From positions 3,264,001-3,328,000 of the forward strand of contig OY760937.1 of assembly GCA_963664225.1 (NCBI GenBank): a DNA stretch of 64,000 nucleotides. The letters run 5' to 3'. The position numbers were made by a program, and so were the translations under genes. The stretch's first letter is position 1. Each line of letters opens with the position of its first letter. This document shows positions 39,481 to 48,128 of the stretch, one piece after another. This DNA is from Verrucomicrobiia bacterium. Lineage in GTDB: Bacteria > Verrucomicrobiota > Verrucomicrobiia > Limisphaerales > UBA1319. Below the pieces are notes generated by a model. That model was not told the DNA's origin. It searched no databases and worked only from the letters and a program-made list of their open reading frames with translations.

Positions 39481-40623
39481 ATGACCGACAAATCTAAAAT
39501 CTCGCGGCGTGATTTCATCCGGGACGGTTCCGTGGCTTCCCTGGGATTCTCCGCCGGCCTGGCCGCGCTGAATCCGTTGCGCGCGTTCGCCGGCGATCCC
39601 AATGCCGCTTTGTCCGAGGAGGACCGCGCGGCCATGCGCAAAACCCGCAGCTACAATCCCGGCATGGAGTATCGGCGGCTTGGAAAAACGGGTTTGTGGG
39701 TCTCAGCCGTCAGCATGGGCGGGCATTGGAAACGCATCGATAAAATGATCGGGGCGAAGGCCGACTTGAGTCCTTACGATGCCCCCACGGAGGCCACTGT
39801 CGTGCCCGCCTTCGAACAAAACCGCCGGGAAGTCTTAAACCACTGTTTTGAGGTTGGCATTAACTGGATCGATTTCGCCGGGGACAGCGAGCCGGAAGTC
39901 TATTCGAAAATCATACGCGAACAGCGGGAGAAGGTTTACATCGGCTACTCCCATCCCGCGAGCGAGCTGCGTGTTCCGGAAAATCGCACCGCGAAAAAAT
40001 TGCTCGAGCTCCTCGACGCCGGGCTCAAACGCTGCCGCCTGGAATACGTGGACCTGTGGCGGCTCATGGCGTTGGAACGGGGCGGTCGCCATACCCAGGG
40101 CGAAGTGGACGCGATGCTCGAGGCGCTGGTCACCGCGCGCAAACAGGGCAAATGCCGCTTCACCGGCATGTCCACCCACGACCGGGAATGGGCCAAGACC
40201 GTGATTGAAGCGCATCCCGATGTCATTCAAGTTCTCGTCTTCCCCTATACCGCGGACACCCGGGAACTGCCCGAGGACAGTCTGTTTGAAACCTTGAAGA
40301 AGCACCAGGTCGGCACCTTTGGCATCAAGCCGTTTGCCAGTAACGCCATTTTCAGGGGCGATGGTTCCCCCACGGGCCCATTCGTCGCCGAGGACGATCG
40401 CCGCGCCCGTCTGGTCATCCGCAACATTTTGTCGAATCCCGCCATCACCGCGCCGATCCCCGGCCTGATGAGCAAGCATCAAGTCGATAACATCGTTCTG
40501 GCCATCAAGGAACGGCACGACCTGGACTTCAGCGAACGGATGGATTTGAAGCAGATCAATCGCGAGATGTGGGCCAATCTCACCCCGGACTACCAGTGGC
40601 TCAAGGAGTGGAAGTATGTCTGA
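39481..40623 (+). CDS. Aldo/keto reductase-fold protein with Tat signal
   Basis: SRRDFI twin-arginine leader; MEYRRLGKTGLWVS, GKCRFTGMSTH, IKPF. Confidence 0.85.
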   Translation: MTDKSKISRRDFIRDGSVASLGFSAGLAALNPLRAFAGDPNAALSEEDRAAMRKTRSYNPGMEYRRLGKTGLWVSAVSMGGHWKRIDKMIGAKADLSPYDAPTEATVVPAFEQNRREVLNHCFEVGINWIDFAGDSEPEVYSKIIREQREKVYIGYSHPASELRVPENRTAKKLLELLDAGLKRCRLEYVDLWRLMALERGGRHTQGEVDAMLEALVTARKQGKCRFTGMSTHDREWAKTVIEAHPDVIQVLVFPYTADTRELPEDSLFETLKKHQVGTFGIKPFASNAIFRGDGSPTGPFVAEDDRRARLVIRNILSNPAITAPIPGLMSKHQVDNIVLAIKERHDLDFSERMDLKQINREMWANLTPDYQWLKEWKYV

Positions 40624-41206
40624 AGTGCAACGCCGCTCCTCAATCCGCCACATAAGCCGACGTCTTTGGCCATTGCTCCCGCTGGACCTTTACGGACTTA
40701 TGGCGTGTGTCCTCGTCAGCATCGCGCAAGGTCCGTCGCTACTGGCCGATGACACCACGGACGTGAAGAAAACCGTCAAGCCAGCGGATAACTCCTATTG
40801 CCTGGTGTGCCATGCCAACCTGAAACGGGAGGAATTAAACAGCGTTCATCAGAAGGTCGGCGTGGGTTGCGCCAAGTGCCATGGCGAATCCGATAATCAC
40901 AGCGCGGACGAGGATGCCCTGACCGCGCCGGACATCCTGTATGCGCGCGACAAGATTGCGCCCGCCTGCCTGAAATGCCATATGCCCAAAACCATTGCCG
41001 ACGTCCCGGATCATGCCCCTTTTGTGGAGGAACCTTCCCCAAAAACCGAAAAGGGCCCCGCGAAAATCAAAACCTGCACGGACTGTCACGGCAAACACCG
41101 ACTGGAAGTCCGCACCCGCAAATGGGACAAAAACACCCGGAAACTGCTCGCCGACGATGGCGTGCGCATGATGCAGACCAATAGCCCGGCGCGAAGTGCC
41201 CGATGA
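40616..41206 (+). CDS. Tetraheme cytochrome c
   Basis: CLVCH, CAKCH, CLKCH, CTDCH; hydrophobic leader. Confidence 0.9.
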   Translation: MSEVQRRSSIRHISRRLWPLLPLDLYGLMACVLVSIAQGPSLLADDTTDVKKTVKPADNSYCLVCHANLKREELNSVHQKVGVGCAKCHGESDNHSADEDALTAPDILYARDKIAPACLKCHMPKTIADVPDHAPFVEEPSPKTEKGPAKIKTCTDCHGKHRLEVRTRKWDKNTRKLLADDGVRMMQTNSPARSAR

Positions 41207-41247
41207 AGTAAATAATAACGAAGTTAAAGAGTGTGTGTCCATCGGTG

Positions 41248-41520
41248 GTAGGGCGTGCAGTCCTCTGCGCGCCGCCCACCCATCCCACGCATCCAATAAT
41301 TCCAAGCGCGGTCAAATGTTTCCTTTCGCACTCCCCAACCTGGAACCCGTTGCATCACCCAACCCCAGGTTACGAGGAAACAAACTACCCCGGGTTTGCC
41401 TCGCACACCTCTTTATCCCGAAGGGATAAAATCATTCAGCCCCGGGTCGCGAGGCACGAGCTACCCGGGGTCCTCGTCCCTCAGAATGCCCCAACGCTGT
41501 AGGCGTTGAATCAAGTCCAT
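41248..41520. repeat. Left half of a composite repeat (REP + IS200-end-like hairpins)
   Basis: REP 41248-41273; atcccgaagggat...cagccccggg...cccgggg...aacgctgtaggcgtt at 41415-41512. Confidence 0.85.
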
Positions 41521-41550
41521 CTCCCGCACCGCTGAAAATGGACTCAGGAA

Positions 41551-41643
41551 ACCAAACCCGGAACATGCGCTGGACAGCGGGCTAGTATGTTGGTTTCATG
41601 TCAGACGTCGATGGCCTTCCGCCAGTGATTTGGATCGCTCGAT
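41551..41643 (+). other. Decayed attC-like site
   Basis: accaaac ... atgcgctgg pairs with ccagtgat ... gctcgat; GTT mutated to GCT; ends 9 bp before the ATG at 41653. Confidence 0.5.
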
Positions 41644-41652
41644 GAAAACGCC

Positions 41653-42117
41653 ATGAAATGGTTTGGCTCACTTGGTCTATTCCTTCACGCGTATGAGGAT
41701 TCGCGACGCATTCCGAAGTATGAAATGCGAACGACGATCTGTCATGCCAGGTCCGTCAAGGCTGCAAAGGCCAAATTCCTCAAGGAGTTTGCAGATTACG
41801 CCCAGCATGGAATACGCTTTCTTAACAAATGGGAGGTTTTTGAGATCGATGGCATTCCAGGCCGGACTCCAATTGAGGCAGCACACCAGTTGATCACCAC
41901 TGATCTCACACCCAAGGAGTTCATTAAAGAGCACTGGCTCGGTGACAGGCCCAAATCCTGCAAAGACAAGGGATGGACGCACTCTTGGCACAACATCGAC
42001 AGATCACACAGTGGCTGTTACAACTGCCGCGCCATCAGAAAGGGACGGCTTTGGGAACTGGCAGCGAACAAAACGATCCAGACTATATCTAGCCGGCCAC
42101 GGGCCAGAAACCGCTAA
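41653..42117 (+). CDS. Hypothetical protein (cassette-like)
   Basis: 154 aa, lower GC, C...H...CxxC C-terminus; stop lies inside the next attC-like site. Confidence 0.75.
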   Translation: MKWFGSLGLFLHAYEDSRRIPKYEMRTTICHARSVKAAKAKFLKEFADYAQHGIRFLNKWEVFEIDGIPGRTPIEAAHQLITTDLTPKEFIKEHWLGDRPKSCKDKGWTHSWHNIDRSHSGCYNCRAIRKGRLWELAANKTIQTISSRPRARNR

Positions 42118-42132
42118 TCTTACCCGTTAGGC
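42063..42132 (+). other. attC-like site
   Basis: agcgAAC-5nt-gatccaga ... gctaatc-6nt-GTTaggc, followed 12 bp later by an ATG. Confidence 0.6.
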
Positions 42133-42144
42133 TGCACCACTTTT

Positions 42145-42711
42145 ATGCGCTCATTTACCCACATTCTATTGGTCGTTCTCAGTTTTGTTGCGATTTCGGC
42201 AGCCGAATGCGCTGCAAAGACAGTCGTGGTCACTGCGAAGCCCAGATTTCAGCACCAAGGGCAATTCGTTGACCTCATCATCAGCGACAAGAATCATAGC
42301 TTTAATATTAGTTGGGGGATGTCGCCTTACCTTCAATTCATCCCGGTGTCCCTGGAGACGAATCGAGTTTATACCTTCACAGTGGCTCAGACTACATTGC
42401 GCAGCTTCAGTATCCCGGAGTTACGCAAAGTTAAGTTGGATGGCAGGACGATTTACGACATCGAAATATGCGAGGTGCACAAGACCAGGATGAAGCACAA
42501 AGTGGTTCGTGTTGCTTACGGACTGATCATTCCTGGACCCGACGAACCGTCAGGTGTTACTGAGCGACGGTTGTTTCCACATCGCCGTGAAATTTCCTTC
42601 GGTGGGTGTGTCAGCACACCAGACAGCCCGAAGACCGAGAGAGTTTATGTTTGCTCCGAGTGCAAGAAGGCATGCGACAAGTGGAGGTCAGAACACAAAA
42701 AGCCCCAATGA
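42145..42711 (+). CDS. Hypothetical secreted protein (cassette-like)
   Basis: Signal peptide; CEVH, GGC and CSEC motifs. Confidence 0.75.
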   Translation: MRSFTHILLVVLSFVAISAAECAAKTVVVTAKPRFQHQGQFVDLIISDKNHSFNISWGMSPYLQFIPVSLETNRVYTFTVAQTTLRSFSIPELRKVKLDGRTIYDIEICEVHKTRMKHKVVRVAYGLIIPGPDEPSGVTERRLFPHRREISFGGCVSTPDSPKTERVYVCSECKKACDKWRSEHKKPQ

Positions 42712-43073
42712 ATATTTCAGACGCGATTGCAGACCGGGAGATTCTCGCTTCCGGGTTGGAGGACATCACCGGGATTTACGAGATTGTCTGGCGTTTTGGC
42801 ACTTTGTTCCCGTCTGCATCCATCGCAGACAAATATGATGTGGCAGACAGGCGAGTCCGCGAGTTGGTTCGTGGCGGTCACATCCGGCTTATCCGGAGAT
42901 TTTTTGGGCAGCACGAGCGGATGGAGCCGATTCACGATGCTGATATTGATAGTATCTTGCGATTGCCAACAGCATGGTATCCGAGTGAGTTGAGCGCAGA
43001 GGCATCGCAAATTTCATACGAGACCACAGATTCAGGAGCGCGGCTTTATGAGCGTTGTAAGACGGCGGAATAA
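42708..43073 (+). CDS. Hypothetical protein
   Basis: MNISDAIADRE..., ATGA overlap with the previous gene, 121 aa. Confidence 0.65.
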   Translation: MNISDAIADREILASGLEDITGIYEIVWRFGTLFPSASIADKYDVADRRVRELVRGGHIRLIRRFFGQHERMEPIHDADIDSILRLPTAWYPSELSAEASQISYETTDSGARLYERCKTAE

Positions 43074-43420
43074 TAAACCGCCGCCTGGCGCTATCCTTCC
43101 TTTCCTGACATCTTCAGCCATTCCCGTCCGCATCCCGGCGCTAGGCCACCCCACTCCGCCACGCCGTCCGCTAAACTTCTTTTTTCCCACGCGTCCATAA
43201 ATAAACAACCTGCGAAACACGCCTATTGACCCTCTCGCCCCAATCAACCACTGGCACGAGCGGGGAGAGAACACAAGAGAGGGGCTTGTTTGTTTCCTCT
43301 TTCTCCCTCCATCCTGTTAATCCTTTTTATCCATGTTAATATTTTCCCCTTTCCCAGCCCTGTCTTTCCATCTGTGCCCCGTGCCTCTGTGGTGCGTGTC
43401 CCTCTGGTCGTTTTTCCGTC
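43072..43420. repeat. Right half of the composite repeat
   Basis: aataaaccgcc...cagccattccc, M2 at 43186-43291, atccatgttaat at 43329, ccgtgcctctgtggt. Confidence 0.85.
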
Positions 43421-43476
43421 CGGCGTTTTCCATTCCTTGCCTGACAGTTTAAGCTTGTTCGGGTTAACTCACACCC

Positions 43477-44472
43477 ATGACCGCAGGCACAACAGTGACA
43501 ACAGTGACCATTGCGCGCCACGCCATGGCGACCCGCTTCGAAATCCTCCTGCACGGGGAGGATGCGGCGCGTCTGCGGGCCGCCGCCGAGGAAGCCCTTG
43601 ACGAGATCGAGCGCCTCGAGGCCCAACTCAGCCCCTTCCGGCCCGGCAGCGAGATCAGCCGCCTCAACGCCCACGCCGGACAGCGCCTCATGCGCGTCGA
43701 ACCCGGCCTCTTTAATCTCTTGCAAAATGCCAGGCAAATTAGCTTCGAGACCGGAGGTGCCTTCGATCTCACCGTGGGGCCGCTCATGGACTGCTGGGGC
43801 CTGAGCGCCGGAATTGCCGAAGGTCCACATCCCGCTCCCAAACCCGAAACCATCGCCGCCGCCCGCACCCTGACCGGAATGGACAAATTGCTCCTGGACG
43901 AATCCCAATGCACCGCAGGCCTGGCGCTGGCCGGAATGCGTCTGGATCTGGGAGCCTACGGCAAAGGTTGGGCCGTCGAACGCGCCGGAACGATCCTCCG
44001 CGAGGCCGGAATCACCAGCGCGCTGATCCACGGAGGCACCAGCACCGTCTGCGCCATCGGCACCCCGCCGGACGCCGACGCCTGGAACATCGCCCTCGAA
44101 AAACCAGACATCGCCCGCCGAAACCGGATATCGTCAGCTTTGGTCAATCTGCGGTCAACCCGTGGTCAACCGGTTGACTGTTCAAATCCGGAAGTTCGCC
44201 CCTTCACCGTGATCCCTCTGAAAAACGAAGCCCTCTCGGTCTCCGCCACCTGGGGAAAAGAGTTTCAAGTCATTGGCTCGGAAGCCCCTATGGGCCACGT
44301 CATCGACCCGCGTTCGGGCCATCCCGTCCCGGGTGCGCTCATGGCGGCCGTCGTGCTGCCATTGGCCTCCGAGACCGACGCCTTTTCCACGGCATTGCTT
44401 GTAACCGGTTCCGCTGGAGAAGAATCCATCCAGCGCCTGCGCCCCGCCATGCGGACCTTTCTGGTGGCCTAA
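43477..44472 (+). CDS. apbE: FAD:protein FMN transferase
   Basis: AMATRF, SEISRLN, GAFDLTVGPL, LDLGAYGKG, HVIDPRSG, DAFSTA. Confidence 0.93.
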   Translation: MTAGTTVTTVTIARHAMATRFEILLHGEDAARLRAAAEEALDEIERLEAQLSPFRPGSEISRLNAHAGQRLMRVEPGLFNLLQNARQISFETGGAFDLTVGPLMDCWGLSAGIAEGPHPAPKPETIAAARTLTGMDKLLLDESQCTAGLALAGMRLDLGAYGKGWAVERAGTILREAGITSALIHGGTSTVCAIGTPPDADAWNIALEKPDIARRNRISSALVNLRSTRGQPVDCSNPEVRPFTVIPLKNEALSVSATWGKEFQVIGSEAPMGHVIDPRSGHPVPGALMAAVVLPLASETDAFSTALLVTGSAGEESIQRLRPAMRTFLVA

Positions 44473-44843
44473 CCCTGCCAATCGGCCCAATTCCGAACCA
44501 TCATTCCACTTTCGAGACACGGAATTGCTGTAAATTGTTGATTTTTGCACTTTTGAGACTGGCACATTTCCCGCTTAACACCTCACTGGTTAGTGTTGTT
44601 CCTTGTGAGTATGCGGTGGGTGGTGCGCAGGCGAATTCATGGTGCCTGTGGATGCCACACAAACGCTGCACGATTGCCCCTCGCGGCCTAAATTGTTGCG
44701 ATGGAAGCCATTCCCGCCCCCTGGATTTGGCCTCCGCCCTCGCTCCAAGGATGGCTCGCGAGGGGTTTTCTTCTTCAATAATCAACGGTCCCTTCACCAA
44801 ACAACCATTTGCGTTCACGCCGTTTTGGGGAATATTGCGGCAT

Positions 44844-45464
44844 ATGGCAAAACGAGTGTTTTTTTCGATGATGGCCATTGCGGCTTTACTGGCGGTTCCG
44901 ATACTTTCTGGAGCTAACACCATGAATACCAATACCCAATCACTGGCCAGGGCAACATTCGGCGGCGGTTGCTTCTGGTGCACCGAGGCCATTTACAAGG
45001 GCATTGACGGGGTCAAAACCGTCGTCAGCGGTTATGCCGGTGGCCACACAAAGAATCCCACCTACAAAGAAGTCTGCACAGGCGAAACCGGCCATGCCGA
45101 GGTCACCCAGATCACCTACGATCCGGCTAAAGTGTCTTATGAGAAGCTCTTGGACATATTTTGGGCCGCCCACGATCCCACCTCACTCAACAAGCAGGGC
45201 GACGATGTGGGCACGCAGTATCGTTCAGTGATATTTTATAGTGATGATTCCCAGCGCGAGGCCGCCGTTAAATCCAAGGCCGCCCTGGCCGTGTCCGGTG
45301 CCTTCAAAAAGCCGATTGTCACTGAAATCAAACCACTTACGGATTTTTATCCAGCGGAAGATTATCACCAGGATTACTACGCCAGGAACCCGAATCAACC
45401 CTACTGTTACTTCGTCATCCGGCCCAAATTGGAGAAATTGGAGAAGAAGTTAAAGGCGCATTAA
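44844..45464 (+). CDS. msrA: Peptide-methionine (S)-S-oxide reductase, with signal peptide
   Basis: GGGCFWC, GHAE, QYRS, AEDYHQ; start set at MAKRV. Confidence 0.96.
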   Translation: MAKRVFFSMMAIAALLAVPILSGANTMNTNTQSLARATFGGGCFWCTEAIYKGIDGVKTVVSGYAGGHTKNPTYKEVCTGETGHAEVTQITYDPAKVSYEKLLDIFWAAHDPTSLNKQGDDVGTQYRSVIFYSDDSQREAAVKSKAALAVSGAFKKPIVTEIKPLTDFYPAEDYHQDYYARNPNQPYCYFVIRPKLEKLEKKLKAH

Positions 45465-45597
45465 ACACCTGGCATTCTGGCGGTTGGGAAAATGCCGGGC
45501 TAGGGATCCGGCCTGTGGATTTCTGCGCTTATCAGAGTTCTCGCGGTTTTCGTATTTACCTCCCGCCATGGCGCGCTATCTTTCCCGGATTATGACG

Positions 45598-47202
45598 ATG
45601 CAACCAACGCAACAAACGAGCGAAGAGTTATGGCAGCGCTTTAAGGCGCATTACGCGACTTTTCCAAAGCTGGGTCTTTCCGTGGACATCAGCCGGATGA
45701 AATTTGCCGATGAGTTCTTCGACAAAATGAACGCGCGCACCCAGCGGGCGTTCAAGGCCATGGCCAAGCTTGAAAAGGGCGCCATTGCCAATGGCGATGA
45801 AGGCCGCATGGTCGGCCATTACTGGCTGCGCAACACGGCCATCACGAAGGATCGGGCCATCGCCACAGCCATCACCAAAGCCATCGCGGACATCAAGGAC
45901 TTTGCCGCCAAGGTGCATTCCGGCGCCATCCAGGGCGAGCGTGGGCCGTTCAAAAACCTTCTGGTTGTTGGTATTGGCGGTTCCGCCTTGGGCCCTCAAT
46001 TTGTCGCCAGCGCGCTGGGGAATCCGGCCACGGACAAGCTCAAGCCCTTCTTCTTCGACAATACCGATCCGGACGGCATGGACAAAGTGCTTGCCGCCCT
46101 TGGCAGCGAATTGGGCCAGACCCTGGTGGTGGTGATTTCCAAGTCTGGCGAGACCAAGGAAACCCGCAACGGCATGCTCGAGGCTAAAAAGGCCTACGAA
46201 AAGGTCGGTCTGAATTTTGCAAAACACACCGTGGCGGTGACCGGCGAAGGCAAATCGATGGACCAATTGGCCATCAAGGAAGGCTGGATTCAGCGCTTCC
46301 CGATGTGGGATTGGGTGGGTGGGCGCACGAGTGTAACCTCTGCGGTTGGATTGCTCCCGGCGGCATTGCAGGGAATCGCGATTGATGACCTGCTGGCCGG
46401 GGCTAAAGCATGCGATGAGCAGACGCGCATCTACAACGTTAAAGAAAACCCATCTATCCTGTTATCGTTGATGTGGTACCATTCCGGTAACGGTAAAGGA
46501 TTGAAAGACATGGTTATCCTGCCGTATAAAGATCGGCTGGAGTTGTTTTCGAAGTATCTGCAACAACTGATCATGGAATCCCTCGGCAAGGAACACGACA
46601 CCACGGGCAAGGTCGTTAACCAGGGAATCGCGGTTTATGGCAACAAAGGTTCCACCGACCAACATGCTTATGTGCAACAGCTTCGCGATGGTGTGCCGAA
46701 TTTCTTCGTGACCTTTATTGAGGTTCTCAAGGATCGTTCTGCCGCCAGCATGGAAGTCGAACCGGGGGTGACGAGCGGGGATTTCCTGGCGGGTTTCCTT
46801 CATGGAACGCGCAAGGCGTTGTATGAGAACAATCGCCAATCCATTACGCTGACCATCAACGAGGTTTCACCGTTTAGCGTGGGTGTGTTGATTGCGCTTT
46901 ATGAGCGCGCTGTGGGTTTCTACGCCACCATGGTGAACATCAACGCCTATCACCAACCGGGCGTGCAGGCTGGCAAAGTGGCTGCGGGCGAACTGATTGA
47001 CCTGCAACACAAGATTGTGGCGCTGCTTAAATCCGCTCCGGGCAAGGAATTCAAGCTGGAGCAGATTGCCGCAGGCATTGGCCAGGCGGATACCGTTGAG
47101 AGCGTGTTTAACATCTGCGAGCATCTGTGCGCAAATCCTGGACGCGGCGTGCGCAAAGTGGCTGGCGCCAATCCGTTTGACGCGGGCTACACGGCCGCCT
47201 GA
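45598..47202 (+). CDS. pgi: Glucose-6-phosphate isomerase
   Basis: [32 protein letters not shown]; start may be 45568 or 45592. Confidence 0.96.
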   Translation: MQPTQQTSEELWQRFKAHYATFPKLGLSVDISRMKFADEFFDKMNARTQRAFKAMAKLEKGAIANGDEGRMVGHYWLRNTAITKDRAIATAITKAIADIKDFAAKVHSGAIQGERGPFKNLLVVGIGGSALGPQFVASALGNPATDKLKPFFFDNTDPDGMDKVLAALGSELGQTLVVVISKSGETKETRNGMLEAKKAYEKVGLNFAKHTVAVTGEGKSMDQLAIKEGWIQRFPMWDWVGGRTSVTSAVGLLPAALQGIAIDDLLAGAKACDEQTRIYNVKENPSILLSLMWYHSGNGKGLKDMVILPYKDRLELFSKYLQQLIMESLGKEHDTTGKVVNQGIAVYGNKGSTDQHAYVQQLRDGVPNFFVTFIEVLKDRSAASMEVEPGVTSGDFLAGFLHGTRKALYENNRQSITLTINEVSPFSVGVLIALYERAVGFYATMVNINAYHQPGVQAGKVAAGELIDLQHKIVALLKSAPGKEFKLEQIAAGIGQADTVESVFNICEHLCANPGRGVRKVAGANPFDAGYTAA

Positions 47203-47241
47203 GCCGCAAACTACAGCAAAAGGCGCTTGCATTGACGATTC

Positions 47242-47276
47242 AAGGCGGGATTCACGAAAGTGGATTCCGCCTTTTT
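47242..47276 (+). terminator. pgi terminator
   Basis: ggcgggattcac-gaaa-gtggattccgcc then T5. Confidence 0.8.
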
Positions 47277-47314
47277 GCTTTTCGCTGGATCGGTTGGCAG
47301 GTTTAATCGTCGGC

Positions 47315-47938
47315 ATGTTAACAACGTCATTGGTGCCTGCGGCGCAAAAAGATTCGCGCCGTTTGATGATCGTTCTGCACGGCTTGGGGGACAGCATGGA
47401 GGGCTATGGCTGGATGCCGCAGACTCTGGACCTGCCCTGGATGAACTATCTGCTGGTCAACGCTCCAGACGAATATTTCGGCGGTTATTCGTGGTTCGAC
47501 TTTGAGGGAGACCCCAAACCCGGCATCGATCGCAGTCGGGAGCAGTTGTTCGAAGTGATCCGGGACATGGTGCAACGGGGGTATCCTGTGAAGGAAATGA
47601 CGCTTTTCGGATTCTCCCAAGGCTGTCTGATGGTTCTCGAAACGGGGCTCCGGTATCCGGAGGTTTTTGCGGGACTGGTGGGGATCAGCGGATTCCTGAC
47701 GGATCCCGCAGGTTTGATCAAGGGATTATCCCCGGTGGCGGCACAGCAGCGGTTGCTGGTCACCCACGGGACGCTGGACCCCCTGTTGCGTATCGATACC
47801 GTGCGCCCACAAATCCAAAACCTGCAAAAACAGGGTCTGAACATTCAGTGGCGTGAATTTGCCAAGGAACACACCATTGCGGGCGCGGCGGAAATCACTC
47901 TGATCAGGGACTTTGTCACCGCAGGCTATGCGCTTTAA
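47315..47938 (+). CDS. Phospholipase/carboxylesterase (alpha/beta hydrolase)
   Basis: LHGLGD, GFSQG, HGTLD, EHTI. Confidence 0.9.
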   Translation: MLTTSLVPAAQKDSRRLMIVLHGLGDSMEGYGWMPQTLDLPWMNYLLVNAPDEYFGGYSWFDFEGDPKPGIDRSREQLFEVIRDMVQRGYPVKEMTLFGFSQGCLMVLETGLRYPEVFAGLVGISGFLTDPAGLIKGLSPVAAQQRLLVTHGTLDPLLRIDTVRPQIQNLQKQGLNIQWREFAKEHTIAGAAEITLIRDFVTAGYAL

Positions 47939-48128
47939 TAGCGGCCTGTACCTTAAAATCCCGGCCTGCCACGCGGGTTTTTGACCACGGGATGCGCGAC
48001 TTCAAGTGAAGCCAGGCAATTAAGAGTCGGATCAATTCTGCCGATGTCCTGATTGAACAAGTGTCTTGAGCTCTCGCTGCTTGAGAAAGCAGAGCGATGG
48101 GTATTGATGATGAATAAAGAATGCAAGT

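Noticed and set aside
44473..44843. Possible structured ncRNA upstream of msrA
   Set aside because: Only short, mutually competing stems; no recognisable family. An Rfam search would be needed.
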